From Blasia pusilla (taxonomy: Eukaryota): DNA of 64,000 bases. The position numbers were made by a program, and so were the translations under genes. The notes beneath the pieces are model-generated. The model saw nothing but the letters and a program-made list of their open reading frames with translations. It was not told the DNA's origin and did no database searches. Positions 63,109 through 64,000 of the stretch are shown here, piece after piece. How positions within the stretch are numbered: the first letter of the stretch is position 1; every line of letters begins with the position of its first letter. The stretch covers positions 17,050,001-17,114,000 of the forward strand of contig CM114271.1 in the NCBI GenBank assembly GCA_050084515.1. Direction: 5' to 3'.

Positions 63109-64000
63109 TTATTAGCCAATGTATATATATATTCTCACATTCATATCATGATTCAAAAAGGGCCTAATGTCCCTATATACTACCTTCATAGTAATCATTT
63201 TAATGCATTTGAATCTAAGAAATGATTATCACAACATATGGCGTATCATTTTGTCACTACTCCAAGATTCCTCTTGTATTATGATAAATAGTGAGAGAGT
63301 ATTTACTAAGCTCTCATTTACAAGAGGAATGTTTGAGATATTGAATGGTGAGTACCGTTCATTGCCTCACCTTCATGTATCTTCCCTCAAAATTTAAAAA
63401 CCAAAAAAATGACAAAACCTTTCAATGAAAAGTAAATATATTATGCTTTTAAAGTTGGATGACTTGAATACACTTATTTTATATTCTAATGTGGAATAGT
63501 TTACAAATTTAGGTTGGAAATAGATAAAATTTTGAGAGTGGAAACCTCATAATATTAGCAACATTTCAACGGCCTACAATGCAACCGCATATCAATGTCC
63601 CTAATATATAGAGCATGATGTTTACTTCTACCACATTTTCGAGTATTGTACAAAGTTGATGCACTATAATACTTAAGTAATGGGTTGAATTTAATATCTA
63701 ATCCTCTCGCAATACCTCACCTCGGCCTTTATTATTGTTCAATTAATGGCCTACCTCTCATTTAGACTCCTTATATCCTACCATCCACTTGTTTCCTTCG
63801 TTGCATTAGATTTATAATGTTCTTTGAGAAAAATGACGAGGTCTTTTTTTGAAATGTCCCTCCATAGGGATGATAAAGAAGAGATAAAGAAAAAGGGGAT
63901 GAGCTAAGGAATTGGAAATCCAAGCCTTGAAAATTGAAAATGAGGTTTTGCATTGTACAAGCGATGTGGCTCTTCAAAGGAAAAATATTTGTAAGCCACT

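Overview
Eukaryotic land-plant nuclear DNA (probably a bryophyte, inferred from gene and TE types), dominated by transposons. Host genes: a 3-exon PSB33/LIL8 (Rieske-like + LHC-like helix) gene on the minus strand (27274-21361) and a 16-exon dynamin-related protein DRP1 gene on the plus strand (53115-60290). Transposons: a decayed Ty3/Gypsy element, two related Ty1/Copia copies plus a Copia RT/RNase H relic, a decayed Helitron Rep-helicase followed by an apparently intact spliced orphan gene, short non-autonomous Helitrons, a CRE-like RLE non-LTR element with a target-site duplication just upstream of DRP1, and a LINE relic in a DRP1 intron. The most striking observation is the Gypsy polyprotein at the window start. 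It carries what looks like the C-terminal motifs IX-X of a C5 DNA cytosine methyltransferase in frame before RT, and a PHD finger after integrase, i.e. a candidate retrotransposon with its own chromatin writer and reader.
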